64,000 nt of DNA from Takakia lepidozioides (GCA_030704615.1 CM060733.1:16926001-16990000), one strand, 5' to 3'. Positions 50,215 through 63,580 are shown, counted from the first letter of the stretch. The notes: generated from the letters alone by a model not told the origin. Program-made: numbers and translations.

Positions 50215-50885
50215 TGCATCTGTGACAGTTGCTCTTATTTAATACATCGGCTCAAAATCTGTCCCTTCCAAGTAGAACTGTAACGGGGTAGAAGCCAGGA
50301 AGACATCGCCATAATTAAACTTCACTTTGGGCGCCCGAGGAGGGTCCGACACCATTCTGAACTTCGTCAAGTACTGTTGTTTTAGTCTTCACAACAAACC
50401 GCACATTACGAACATTACGATGCATCATACAAGAGTTATAATCAATATTCGCAATCAGAGAGGATCAAAGTACAATGAGGTACCTCGAACGCTCCCACAA
50501 GTGCTTGGCAAGGACCTCTTGCTGCTGGACAACGTCAACCTCGAAGACCCCTGCACTTTTGCCTTTCGATTTGGTTCGCTGTTTTTTGGGTGCGACAAGA
50601 ACATGTACTTCTTTGTCAACGCTAGGGGGTTCAGCCAACCGCTTTCTTTGAGCAGGCGGCCATTTTGACCTGGGATTCTCTGCAACCCTGTCAATGCCGC
50701 CAGAAGGGAGAATTTCTAGGCCAGAGGTGACAATGCCGCCGGAGGGGGAATTTATGGGCCAGAGGTGCCTTGTTCTGAGTTTGCTGCAAGTGCTGAAGAC
50801 TGCACTCCCTTGTCTGAGACGTGCTAGGGAGGTGACTGACCAAAGGCAGAAGTGTCACAGCTCACCTCCTCGGTGCTGCCCCTGT

Positions 50886-51250
50886 CAGTGTCACCCTTAT
50901 GTTCAGACCCCTTGTCAGAATCACGCTTCTCAGTGTCACCCTTCTCTTCGGCTACCTCCTCAGTGTCACGCTTCTCAGTGTCACCCTTCTCTTCGGCTAC
51001 CTAGTCAGTGTCACTCTTCTCAGTGTCACCCTTCTCTTCGGCTATCTCCTCAGTGTCACTCTTCTCAGTGTCACCCTTCTCTTCGGCTACCTCCTCAGTG
51101 TCACGCATCTCAGTGTCACCCTTCTCTTCGGCTACCTTCTCAGTGTCACTGTTCTCGGTGTCACCCTTCTCTTTGGCCGCCTTATCAGAGTCACTCTTCG
51201 CAGTGTCACCCTTCTCATCAGGTTCCTTCCCAGTGTCACCCTGTTGAGTA
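50886..51250 (-). repeat. 45-bp coding minisatellite (EKGDTEKSDTEEVAE-like acidic repeats)
   Basis: Unit cagtgtcacccttctcttcggctacctcctcagtgtcacgcttct, about 8 copies, part of acidic ORF 51001-51900. Confidence 0.85.
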
Positions 51251-53391
51251 ACAATCTTATGTGTGTCACCCTTGGCAGTGTCACTCTTCTCCGTGACACG
51301 ATGCTCCGCAACATCATTCTCTTCGTGACTCTCCACAGTGAAACGCTTCTCAGTGTGACCCTGCTCTGTGTCACCCTTCCAACTGACAACCTCCTCGGTG
51401 TCACCCTTCCCCGTGGCACCCATGTCGATGTCACTCTTTTTTGCATCAACCTCCTCAATGCCATCCTTGACTGTGTCGCCCTTCTCCGCACTGTCACCCT
51501 CCAAGACCATGTTGACTAGCGGAAGAGCGTCATCTGTCGCGACTAGTGGTCGTGGCAAAGAAGTGTCACCCTCCACGACTAATGGTAGTGGAGTGTCATC
51601 CATGGCAGTGTTACACTCACGGACGTCTGCCATGTGGGTTGGCTGTGGGGTGTCACCCCTACTAGTGTAACCCATGTCAATGTCACTCTCAACGGAAGTT
51701 GCAGTGTTCACGAGCAATGGTGTGTCACCCACGACAATGTCCCTCATGGCAGTGTCAGCCACACCGGTATCCGTAGTGTCACCCTGAGGTGCAGTGTAAC
51801 CCTCCTTCCCTATTGCTCCTCTCTGCGCAGTGTCACCCTCAGGTGCAGTGTAACCCTCGGTTTCAGGGCCTCCTCCCCTTGCAGTGTCACTGTCGCGCAC
51901 CTCAATTCGGTAAGCTCCCCCTCAAGTCATAGTTACTCGCTTTGATGCGCGCGCCTGACTCCCAACCTGGCCGCCGAGCCAACTTGGAGCTTCGGCTGCT
52001 CACCGGGGCATAATGGTCCCCCTTTGTTCTCCCAAAGAACCCTCCACCGATTTGGAACCAGCGGGAATTCCCTTTGGTAGTTGGCAGTCCGGAACAGCTC
52101 CCCACTCTTTGGTCGCTTTCCGGCTCGCTCGCTTACTCACTAGTTTTTGGTCACCAACGGGCTTGCACCGTTCTCGGGGTTACTACTCCCTCTATATACT
52201 TCTGTAGCTGTCTGCGGGGGTTTCACAACCAGCCATGCCATTTTATGGCGAACCACCACGAAAACCCTCGACTCTCGGTGAGGAGTCGCGGTGAGTCTTG
52301 GCCCACTCACCACGGCCCCTATGGACCGTGATGAGTCCCAAGACTCCCCACGACTCCCACCACGAGGTCTCCGCCCCCATGGTGAGTCTTATGTCACCCC
52401 CACTAAGTCCCGCTAAGCTACCACCACCCCTTGTGGAGCCACCCCCACCGCAACCCGGTATGCGGGGCTCCACCTAGTGAGCGCCTCTGCCTCCTTGAGT
52501 GCCTTTGGGCACTCAAGGGTGCTTCAGCCCCCCATACCTATCGCTGCCGCTGCCCCCACCACAGGGGCAGCCCCTCATGTGTCCCGACCCCCTGCCCTCA
52601 AGGCAAAGGGCCGCGACAGTCACCCTCCGCATCAATGTGACCCATGAAGGCTCGGTGACTGTCTGTCTGCTCAGTCCCCCGGACAATGTCACCCTCAATA
52701 CTGACCACCTCCTCCAATGTGACATGCTGTGGCGCGAAATGACTTGGATCTTCGGTCTGCATCATTCGAACAATGTCATTTTGAGAAAGGTTGACCACAT
52801 GATCCTCACAAATACTTACATTGCTGCATGGAGGGTTCAACCCAGCATCTCCAGATTCAAAGTCATACACAGACTCTGGGTCAAGCGGGTCCCCAGTTCT
52901 TCGATTAAGACCTCCAAAAGAAATGACTGGGGCTGCGGACAAAGAGGTTCGCACTTGGGGTGTTCCACCTTGATGTATCATCTTCAGTATCAGTATCATA
53001 ATTCACGGGCAAATCCTGCGTCAAGTTTGCTAGGTTCACCCCTAAGTGCAGCTGGGTTGAGTACAATTCACCAACCTGCGACAAAGATACAACGGCAGAT
53101 TGACTTGGAATGATGTCATCGTCATGTACATCGTCGCTTTGCGGGGCGGAAATTGAATGAAGTCGAGGTTTAACCATCTCTCATCATGTAACACAGAGGG
53201 CCCATCACTCGTCTGCGCGCCCCCTGTATCGCATTGTGGAGGGGCCCCATACACAACTTCGTGAAGCTCACGTTGAGCCTCAAAAAGGTTTTTGAACGCA
53301 TTGGCGACTTGATTGGTCATGAGCTCGGACTCATCTGCATCGGGGAAAAGACAAAGGTTTTTAGTCGTGGAACAAGGTTTTTGAAAGTGCA

Positions 53392-53700
53392 AGGGTTACA
53401 CTATGTAAGGGTTACACTGACTAGGACAAGACAGTGGTTCGGATTACACGATGTGGGTTACACCACCCTGTTAGAGACAGTAGTTTGCAATGGGTTACAC
53501 TACGGGTTTACACTAGTGATTACACAACGAGAGGGTAACAAATCTAGGGTAACACATCGAGGGGTAACATTAGGGGTACACTGATTACAGGGTTACACAT
53601 AGCGAGGGTTACACTGAGTACAGGGTTCCACATAGCGAGGGTTACACTGATTACAGGATTACACACAAAGGGGTTACATGACGAGAGGGGTGACAGTGGA
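53392..53700 (+). repeat. GGGTTACAC motif array (inverse orientation to the 48.3-kb array); also at 54606-54802 and 55554-55590
   Basis: Repeated gggttacac with short variable spacers. Confidence 0.9.
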
Positions 53701-55879
53701 TGGAGTAACACTTACAGAGATACCAAGGCACTACAGACCCAAGGTCTCTCATATACTGGATGCCCAAATGCGCATTGAAGTCCATTTCTGTTGGTGATTC
53801 GCTGAAGAGGCCACAACACCAAAGCTGGATAAATGATTATTTTTGATGGATCGCAAAGTGATGGGCGGCACGACGACGGCTTGCCTTGCAAAACTGTATA
53901 GCTTCGTTGATCTTAACTGACCTGTCACCCCACTCTTCTGTACTCAAACTCGATTTTAAGTCCTCAAGCTCAGAATCCAAGGTCACAATTCCGTCACCAG
54001 GTTGTGCAAAGTACATCAGACTAAAGCCGTAATACTCATCGACCAGGTCCTTCACCTTTGAGGCCGTAAGAGAACTTTCCAGAAGGTCAGTCGTGAACCC
54101 CAACCTGGGATGCGTTTGGGAAACTGACCTGCCATGATTTCTTACATCGTTGTGGGCCAGAATTCTCAAAAGGAGTGGTGGCGGTCCAATGTGCGGTTTG
54201 GTGAGATTCTCCATTTGACTGATCAATCTTTCCGCAAAATAGCAAGTGAATTCCAATGGATCTGGAACAACCAAACCTTCGATTCCATCTACAGTAATAG
54301 TGATGACAAGAGGTTCTGGCATCGTCAAGGTCGGTATTGCCAACAGCTGGTTCGTCCATCGTGTCATCATCATGTAAGGCTTGGCTCTCTCGATGGACTC
54401 GTGTAAGTCTCCCACCTTTTTTCTTTTTCTGTTTTGGCATGTCAGGATGCCCAATGCTCTCCAAATACTCCTTCACCTGATTCAATTCCTCTATCATTAA
54501 CGGACCATGATCCGGCTGGGCTGTAAACACCTTGTGGGCAGCAACAACACTATCCATATCATCGCTTCTAAGATGATGTCAAGCTCCCTGCGCAATACAG
54601 CGTGAGGGGTTACACCAGAGAAAAGGGTTACAGCACGAGGGGTTACACATGAAAAATGGGTTACAAGGAAGGTGGGCTACACGGGGTTACACAGAGGTGG
54701 GTTACACACCATAGGGATTTTTAAAAGGGGTCCTCTGTAGGTGGGTTACACTCTGGGTTACACGCCACAGGAAAGACAGGGGGGGTAAAACAAAGGGTTA
54801 CACGGATAGACAACAACCCGAAATTTGAAAACAGAGAAATGGCAGGGAATCTAACTTGATTGTCCGTCGATAGAACCCAACTTGATTTTGCAGCTGTCGC
54901 ATGGGCTGCGCCCTCGCCTCGCGCAACAAATTCTTGGAATGCCGGCCAAAACCCCTTCTCATTGACATTCAGAAATGGGAACTGAGGAATAAGGCCATGC
55001 GGTAGCAGAAGGATTGAGCCTGGAGTTCGCTTTCGCAAGATGAACCTTGAGCTCCGGTTTCCCCAGTTTCCAATGTTGATTTTCTTTGCAATAGGGACAG
55101 GTAGAGGCGGGCTCAATCGCCGCTTGTCTCTCTCATTAGGAACCTGCCGAACAGAAGGACCAGGGACAGAAACAGCAAGAGCACCAAAAGATGGAACCTC
55201 TGTAGCAGAAGTAGCCGAAGAAGGTACAACAACAGGCACTTCAATAGGATCTGCAATCTCACCCAAAGCCACCCTATTTTGCAGAATCCATGCATGATAT
55301 GCATCAACAGAAGAAGTTGGAACAGAATTCACCACATTTTCAACAGCCATGGCATGCTTGAGCTCCGCATCAGGAAACGGTTTTGTTCCTTTCGGTCTGG
55401 CCATACATGCGGCCGTTCATCGACAATATGCCGATTCAATCTGCTCTTATTTACCTTTACTTCCCCATAGTAAGGACATTTGAACTTAGGCCGGCCCTTT
55501 GCTCCCTCCACCTTGGCCTCTCTAACGGCTGGTTTGTCGTGCTCACAAGTGTAGGGTTACGGGTTACACTCCGCTATTCCGGGTGACACCGGGATTGCAA
55601 CTCATACACGTGTGAGTCAGTGCGGATATAATTGATTGCAAGCCTTCTCGCAACCCTTTCCTATTCTTCCTGCACTATTTGCTATGCGTTCTTCAGAATT
55701 CTCTTGGTCTTGTCTTGCTCTTGCTCTTCTCTTCTCTTCTGTCAGCTTTTTCTTTTGCTATGGCTGATTGTTATCTGTTCCCTGGAGAGGCTATTATTCC
55801 ATTTGAAGAGGGATGGCGAATGAGTTCGCTTCTGGTACATTGAGCATGAGCATGCTACAATGATCGCGTACTGCCACAC

Positions 55880-56010
55880 CAACACAGCCCGTCACAGCCG
55901 ACACAACCACACAGCCAGTCACAGCCCGACACAGCCAAACACAGTCGCACAGCCAGTCACAGCCCGTCACAGTTTCACACAGCCAGTCACAACTTGACAC
56001 AGCTGTCACG
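55880..56010 (+). repeat. CACAGCC ~10-bp-period tandem array
   Basis: acacagcc/gtcacagcc units; the same family recurs at 63415-63565. Confidence 0.85.
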
Positions 56011-56561
56011 ATCATAGGAAACGGAGAGCAGGACAGGGAACGACTGTGGGGAACAACACCTGCAAATGGAACATGTTAGTTCACGGATGACGGTTAGTGA
56101 GGGAAACGGTTAGAGCCACGGGTAGGAAGATAAAGGGAGAAGCAAGGACTGAGAGAGGGGGATTCTTGGAAGCACTTCACGGGGGGAGGACTTCTTGGGG
56201 GTCATGCATGAGAGGAGATCGGGCGGAGAGAAGAATGGAAGCAAAGATGGAGAGCACGACAAAGATGAAGAGATGATTAGTAGATGCTTGTTATATGCAA
56301 AGCTGTAGTGATATTGTAGAGCAGATTATAGACACAATGGCTTCGGCCTGATACCTGATAAATCATAATCTGATACTTATACGATACAATCACACTGTGT
56401 AGAGAGATCTGAGTGAAGCTGTGGAATGAATGGATGAGTTGATGGAAACCAATAGATTGATGAAGCAAACTGATACTTAATTATCAATGGTAAGGTAGCT
56501 AAGATGAATGCGGAAAGGGAAACAAATAGGAAACACCCCCATGATACACTAGCTGTAGGTC

Positions 56562-57257
56562 ATGACTGATTGTTTTGCGCGGGCTGAGTACTTAGAGATT
56601 TCCAACTCTTCTATCTTGGAGTTTCCGCCTCGGATAGCGAAGGGATGGGTGAGTAAAAGCCGCGCGACATTTGGCGACCATATTGGGGAATTGAGTCATG
56701 AACAACCAGATGTGATAGGCATCTGGTGGGATCATGGTGGTTGGACCATTAAAGAATTTGAAGTGAATCAAATTCCCTGTGGAACGAAGGAAGAAAGATT
56801 GTCCAAACAATTCTTTCAAAGGTTCTTGGAATTGCCAGACGGTTGTAAAGAAAATATTCTTAAGCAAGTGCATGATGCTGCTCCGGAATGGGGTCTGGAG
56901 AAAGGAGTGATAAAGATTTATCAGGTAGCCTGTAGAGGAAGAGCACGTTGGTTACCAACATTGGTTTATGTGATAGCATTGCTATCCATTAAGCGAGTAG
57001 AGTTTGAAGGCTGGGAAGAAAGAAAGGTGAATGTTTATACTCATATGCATGAAGAGCTTGTACTGGTAAAGAATTGGATTCCAAAGGATATTTTGTGGAT
57101 CAAACTCACACCAAGAACAGCTTTCCAGACTTGTTTGCCATATGGTTATATGGTAACGGAGACTTCAAGTATAGCCAAGGGTGCATTGAAGCTTGAAAGA
57201 AACCCAGGCATATACGAGAGATATTACAGAAGAGAGTTTTGGTTATTGCCACATTAA
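56562..57257 (+). CDS. Unknown 231-aa extra ORF immediately 5' of gag
   Basis: ATG-initiated and stop-free with globular-protein-like composition; ends 22 bp before the gag start; same purine-rich composition as gag-pol. Confidence 0.6.
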   Translation: MTDCFARAEYLEISNSSILEFPPRIAKGWVSKSRATFGDHIGELSHEQPDVIGIWWDHGGWTIKEFEVNQIPCGTKEERLSKQFFQRFLELPDGCKENILKQVHDAAPEWGLEKGVIKIYQVACRGRARWLPTLVYVIALLSIKRVEFEGWEERKVNVYTHMHEELVLVKNWIPKDILWIKLTPRTAFQTCLPYGYMVTETSSIAKGALKLERNPGIYERYYRREFWLLPH

Positions 57258-57279
57258 AAAGAAATGAAAGACATGAGAC

Positions 57280-60200
57280 ATGAGTGATGAAAGAGAAGCT
57301 AGACGCCAGAGATATTCAGCAAAAAGAGAAAGCTATCTGAAAGCTAATTATCCATATCTTTGGGAGAGAGGAATAGACATAGGGGAATCATCTGGACCTC
57401 TCACACCATTAAGATCAAAGAGTACATCACCCATACCGGAAGAAATAGAGTTGGATGCCACTCCTTCTGTTTCTTGGCAAGAAAGATTAAGGGAATTGGT
57501 ACAGGAAGAAGATCAATCACGAGGTGAAAGATCTGAGGTACATCCCTGGATAAAAGATTTGACAGAAATCTTTGATAAGAGTTGGCATGGAACACCAAAA
57601 GCAGGAACTCCAGTTTCTGAAGCGGAAGGTGAAGAAGGAGAAGAGGATGTGGCAGAGCCAACGGAGAGTTCAGACTCTCCAACACCATTACAGTTGAGTT
57701 ACATGAGTGAAGAAAAAACCCAAGGGTAGAACTTGGAGGATGAAAACAGAGAGAAGAAATTGGAAGAGGAAGAATATGAAGAAGTAGACCCAACAGCTGA
57801 GGTTGAGACTACAACCATGACATCCCAACCCGTTGGACCTGGATCAAGTGGAGCACTTGGATCACAGGCCAACGAAGGTGTCGGCTCAGGGGGATCAGGC
57901 GGGCTGCCTGGATCTGGCTCTGGGGGGACAGGGAGTGTGGGAAGTAGTGCAACTGAAGCTGGGAATACTGTGAATATCGTGGGGCCGGAAGCAGGGAGTG
58001 CTCAAGGGCCACCACTTGGGATCCACCACAAAAACAAAAGGTCCAGAAGGACCAGCACCAGCAAGGGTGCCAGCACCTGTCAGTGGGCAGAAGGTAGGGC
58101 CACAGATGGCGTTACAACCAACACGGGCAAAACCACCCTTTCCAATATATTCAGGAAAAGGGGATCCCGATGTACACATTAGCCAATTTGAGCACATGTG
58201 TATAGTGAACAATGAGAATGGCGATGATGCCAAGATGAGATTATTTCCTTGTTCACTTATCAAGAAAGCAAGTGAATGGTATGCAAGATTCCCTGATAAT
58301 CATTTCCTAACCTGGAATGGCTTGAATACAGCATTTCGAAATAGGTTCAGGACAAGTAAAACTGAAGATGAAGTGTATGGAAGTTTACAACAGTTAAAGC
58401 AAAAGAAGCATGAAACTGTTGAGGAGTATATGGAAAAGATGGAATTGATGATGAAAAAGCTGGCTGCAGTACCAGCACCCGGTTTACAGAAGACTTGGTT
58501 TGTGAGTGGACTAAGACCAGAGTTGCAAAAGAAAGTGGATATGTTACCCCATAATACAGTGGAGGAGGCATTTGAAACTGCAAACAAAATTGAGCAATTG
58601 GGAATGCTCAGGAGAGAGAAAAAGGATGATGAGGACTCTGAGGATGAGTCAGATGAAGAAGAAGAGCAAGAACTAAAAAGAAAGAGTAAGAGAAAGGAGA
58701 AGTTGAAGAGGGATAACTATGAAAAAAGATTGGAAGAAATCTTGAAGAAGTATGCCACAGAGGCTGCAACACATTGGAGGAAGGGTGTATGGTGTGCAAA
58801 GTGCCAGAATGAAGGCCATACCACCACAGAATGCCACATGAAGGAGAAACACTGTACTATCTGTAAAATGGATAACCATTCTACTGAGAATTGTTACTAC
58901 AATAGAAGGACAGCTGCAAGAGAACCTAGGCAAGTAAGGGTGCATCAGGTGCAGCCCCAGCCAAGAAGAAACAATGATCAGGACCACTATGGTAGGTCTA
59001 GTGGTTATAACAATGGCATGGAAGGGAGAGGTAATTCAAGAGGGAATTACCAAGGAAATTCCAGAGGCAATTATCAGGGTAATCCAAGGGGGAATTACCA
59101 GCCCGGGAATCAGGATTATAGAAATAATCCAAGAATAGACCAAGGGCGAGGAACCAATGGTGAAGAACTATGTTACTACTGTAATCAGCCAGGACATCGC
59201 AGGGCAGCCTGTTCATTCTGGATAAGACACCAGAATGAGATGAGAGCTCCTGTGAATGAGGGCCCAGTGGTGGCAGCTCACATGGTTAGGCCATGTGTTG
59301 TACCAGAAGTAAGTACAATGATAGTAACAAGAAGTAAAGCCAAACTAATACCTCCAGTAGTAGAGGAAGAAGATGATAATGAAGGTGGTAATGATATGCC
59401 TGAAGATGAAGAGACTTGGAAAGATGAGAAGGAACTGCACAAGGAAGTGGCAGATACTATAAGGGAAATGCAGAAGAGTACTGATATTCCTGTGGCAGAT
59501 TCCTCTGATTCTGATGGAGAAGAAGAAGGGAGTGAGGAAGAAAGGAAGAAAGAAGATGCAGACATGCAAAGTAATGAAGAGACTTTGGCTGAAGTAATAT
59601 GCCAGATCAAAGCAGAAATTACCATTGGACAGCTATTAGCTGTGGCACCTTATTGTAGGCACAGGCTGTATCAAGCAATCAATCGAATTGCCCAGGAGAC
59701 AAGAAACACAGACCTGAACAGCAAGGTGACCAGTTATAATGTGAAGCCGGAAGGGCGAGAAACAGTCATGGACTTTGATGATTCTATGCCAGTAATCCAA
59801 TTGAGAATTGGAAGCACAGAACTAACTGATGTACTGATAGATGGAGGTTCTGGAGTAAATATCATGACAGACCAATTAAGGAAGAAGCTTGGTCTAAGTA
59901 ACATGAAACCAGCCCCATTTACAGTAACAATGGCAGATCAAAGAAGTGTACAGCCATTGGGATTGATAAGAGGAGTTAAGATACAGATACAGAAGATGAT
60001 CTTTATGATCACAGTAACTGTGTTGAAGATGGATGAAGTCATGGAGGCTTACTCCTTATTATTGGGACGTCCGTGGCTGAAACAGGCCAGGGTATTCCAT
60101 GACTGGAATTCTCAGTTACTAACCGTGCATAATGGGATACACAAGATACAAATTACCACAAAGAAATCTAGTAGATTACCTGCTACAAGAAGACCTCGAG

Positions 60201-60424
60201 GAGTCAGAGAGTATGACTGGAGAGGAGGACTGGATGAGGAGCAGGAAGCTACCCTATTTGCTGCACACCCAGAATGGGAGCAGGTTGCAGAGATGCGGCT
60301 GGAAAGCCTAAGTTGTTTAAGAGGTATCTGCTGTGGTGTAGTGACAGCAACACCAACTGAAGAGGAACTAGCAGTTACCCATCACATTTCTATGAAGAAA
60401 GAGAAGGAGAAATGGAAATCCTAG
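57280..60424 (+). pseudogene. gag: Ty3/gypsy gag-protease (disrupted N-terminus)
   Basis: Retrotrans_gag-like YSGKGDPDVHI..ASEWY..LKQKKHETVEEY, three CX2CX4HX4C knuckles, aspartic protease LIDGGSGVN. Stop at 57727-57729 and a frameshift near 58000. Confidence 0.88.
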
Positions 60425-63290
60425 AGGAACCAGCCACTGTGAGCTTACAGGATGAAGTGGTGACTGGTTGGACAATCACAGCTGATGAGCAAGTGAGGGA
60501 AGTGAATGTGGGAACTAAAGAGGAACCGAGGATGGTGAAAGTAGGAGCTGATTTGGAGCCGGAGTTCTTTGAAGAAGCTAAAAGCTTGTTCATCAAATAC
60601 AGAGATGTATTTGTTTGGAGTTATGAGGATTTCAAAGGGATACCACCTGAAGTCTGTCAGCATAAGATTGAACTGGAACCTGGGTCAGTACCAATCAAGC
60701 AGGCGAGGTACAGAATGAATCCCAACTACGCACAGAAGGTTGGAGAAGAGATTAAGAAGTTGGCTGAGGCTAAGTTTATATACCCAATAGAGTATACAAC
60801 TTGGTTGTCACCCATTGTTATAGTTCCCAAGAAGAATGGCAAACTAAGAGTATGTGTGAACTACAAGAAGCTGAATGCTTGTACAAAGAAAGATCCTTTC
60901 CCTTTGCCATTCACAGAAGCAGTATTAGACACTGTGGCAGGCCATGAGATGTACTCATTCATGGATGGCTTCAGTGGTTTAATCAAGTGCAAGTGGCAGA
61001 AGAAGACCAAGGGAAAACAGCTTTCATCACAGACTGGGGGCCTTATGCATACAAAGTCATGCCCTTTGGACTTTGTAATGCACCAACGACCTTTCAGAGA
61101 GTGATAAGTGAATCTTTTCATGAGTATCTGGATGATTTCATGCAGGTATTCTTGGATGATTTCAGTGTGTACAGCTCTAAGAATGAGCACTTGCATAAAT
61201 TGGAGTTATGTCTGGCCAGATGCAGGATGAGAGGTCTGGGCCTGAATCCAGAGAAGTGTACTTTCTGTGTGAACTCAGGGGTGCTTCTGGGACACATTGT
61301 GTGTAAGAAGGGACTTCTTGTGGATCCTAGAAAGACAGAGTCCATTAAAGCCTCTCCACCACCAGTGAATGTTAAAAGTCTAAGAAGATTCCTTGGGCAA
61401 ACCAGTTATTACAGAAGATTTGTCAAAAGGTATGCACAAATAGCAGCACCATTGAGCAAGCTTCTGAAGAAAGATGCAGTGTTTGCCTGGACAGCTGAAT
61501 GTCAGCAGGCGTTTGAGGAACTTACACTGTCAGTAACAACTACACCTGTGCTGATTAATCCTCACTGGCATGTAGTATTTCATGTTCACTGCGATGCATC
61601 AGGAGAAGCGTTGGGAGCGGTGTTAGCCCAGAATGTTACATGAAATATAGATTCACCTGTGTACTATGCTAGCAGGTTGATGAACAGTGCTGAAAGGAAC
61701 TATAGCACAACGGAAAGAGAAGCATTGGCAATGATCTATGCAGTGAAGAAATTCAGGCATTACCTGTTGGGCAAGAAGTTTATGTTCTATGTGGATCACC
61801 AGGCTCTGATATACCTGGTAAACAAACCTCTGACAAGCGGAAGAATAGCAAGATGGTTGATAATCTTGCACGAGTTTGAGTTTGAGGTTGTTTACAAGCC
61901 TGGGAGACTGCATCTTGTGGCGGATCACTTGTCACGGTTATCAACAGGAGAACCAGCCACAGGAATAGATGATCAATTACCAGATGCGAGTCTCTTTGCA
62001 GTGGAGGTGCAGGGAATTGCAGATGACTGGTTAGATTGGCAGTGGCCAATCAGATACTACCTTGCTCATGGTCAGTGCCCACCTAGTTATGGTAAGGAGC
62101 AGAGGAAGAGAATCGCTATCAAAGCTTTACCTTATACTATGGTAGGAAGCAGAATGTATAAGCTAGGACCTGATGGAGTACTAAAACGATGCTTGTACCA
62201 CCATGAAGTAAATAAAGTTTTGGAGGAAGTTCATAAAGGAGTGGTTGGAGGTCATTTTGGAGAAAAGACTACCAGTAGGAAGATACTACTCGCAGGTTAC
62301 TGGTGGCCTACTTTGTTCAAAGATGTACACGAGTATTGTCAGAGTTGTGATGAATGTCAGAGGCTAGGACCTTTGCAGAGATCTGGAAGGATGGCCTTGC
62401 ATCCTACAATGCCTACGGAACCATTTCAGAAATGGGGACTAGACTTTGTTGGACCGATTAACCCACCAGCCAAGAATACACGGAACAGATACATAATTAC
62501 AGCCACTGATTATACTACGAAGTGGGTGGAAGCTAAAGCTTTGAGGGACAACTCAGCCAAGTCCACAGCAAGGTTCCTGTATGAGAACATACTTACACGA
62601 TTTGGCTGTCCCTTAGCATTTATCAGTGATCAGGGAAGTCACTTCATGAATGAGACCATTGAGTTGTTGACTAAAGAGTTCATGATTGTACATAGAAAGA
62701 GTACAACATATTACCCACAGGGTAATGGGCAGGCAGAGGCTACCAACAAAATACTATGCACTATCTTGGCTAAGATAGTCAATGCAAACAGAACGGATTA
62801 GGATACAAAGCTGCTGACAGCTTTGTGGTCATACAAGACTTCATATAAAGTCACCACTAAGTATACACCATTCCAATTAGTTTATGGTATGGAAGCCTTA
62901 CTTCCAGTGGAATTCCTGTTACCTACCATGAGAACGGAGTGGGAAAGAGAATGGAATTGCAAGATTCCATTAAGGTCAGGAAACATGAATTATACCATGT
63001 GGAAGAAGTACGTGATGATGCAGCTGATAATATGACCAGAATTCAGATGAAGAGAAAGGAACAGTTTGATGAAGGCAAGTTAAAGACTTTTAAGACGGGG
63101 GATTTGGTTCTATGGTTGCAGAAGAAAGGAAAGATTAAAGCTTTTAAGCTTAAATCACCATGGAAATGACCTTATGTCATACAAAAGATGTATGATAACA
63201 ACACCGCCATATTACAAACCATTAACAAAGAAATGATGGGAAGAGTCAATGCCAATAAGTTAAAGGGATACAGTGGTATCCATGACAAAC
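60412..63290 (+). pseudogene. pol: Ty3/gypsy pol (RT-RNase H-integrase), inactivated
   Basis: WLSPIVIVPKK, MPFGLCNAP, FLDD, HCDAS, EREALA, HHCC, WGLDFVG, SDQG, GQAE. Frameshifts near 60980 and 62940; stops at 61641, 62799 and 63167. No chromodomain seen. Confidence 0.93.
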
Positions 63291-63414
63291 CATTGCAGCA
63301 TGATTTGCATGTTGAAACGCAAGAGCAGTCACGGGCTGCACCAGTGTTACCAACGGAGTATGGAGCACTTGTCGCTAGGCCAAGCATATATGACCAGGGC
63401 GGGCGGACAAGGCG

Positions 63415-63580
63415 AAACACAGCCTGTCACAGCCCATCAAGGTGAAACACAGCCCATCACAGCCCAGCACGGCGCAACACAGCCTATCACAACCTACCAC
63501 CGCGTGTCACAGCCTATCACAGCTTACCACAGTGCATCACAGCCTGTCACAGCTCAACACAGCCTACTAGGGTTACACGA
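63415..63580 (+). repeat. CACAGCC array plus a GGGTTACAC motif downstream of pol
   Basis: cacagcct/cacagccc units followed by gggttacac at 63570. Confidence 0.85.

Larger units (their letters stand above)
50215..55810 (-). pseudogene. Decayed multi-exon transposon cargo gene(s) upstream of the Ulp1 domain (basic N-terminus, zinc-finger-like motif, unknown domains, acidic repeats)
   Basis: Chain of minus-strand ORFs (54721-55404, 53837-54557, 53042-53392, 52598-52999, 51001-51900) separated by motif-rich intron-like gaps. FKCPYYGEVKVNKSRLNRH resembles a C2H2/BED finger. Many stops are CAR/CGA-to-TAR/TGA type. Confidence 0.55.

Noticed and set aside
50694-51519. Plus-strand repeat ORFs (QCHPSLRL..., SVTLL...) and a CRISPR-like appearance of the arrays
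   Set aside because: They are alternative frames of a 45-bp minisatellite; there are no unique spacers or cas genes and the context is eukaryotic.
53392-53700. Interstitial telomeric repeats
   Set aside because: Units are GGGTTACAC with variable spacers, not tandem TTTAGGG or TTAGGG.
56073-56500. Defined 5' LTR and primer-binding site (TGTTAG...TCA-a-TGGTAAGG)
   Set aside because: No second copy lies in the window and I cannot match the putative PBS to a tRNA; left as a candidate only.
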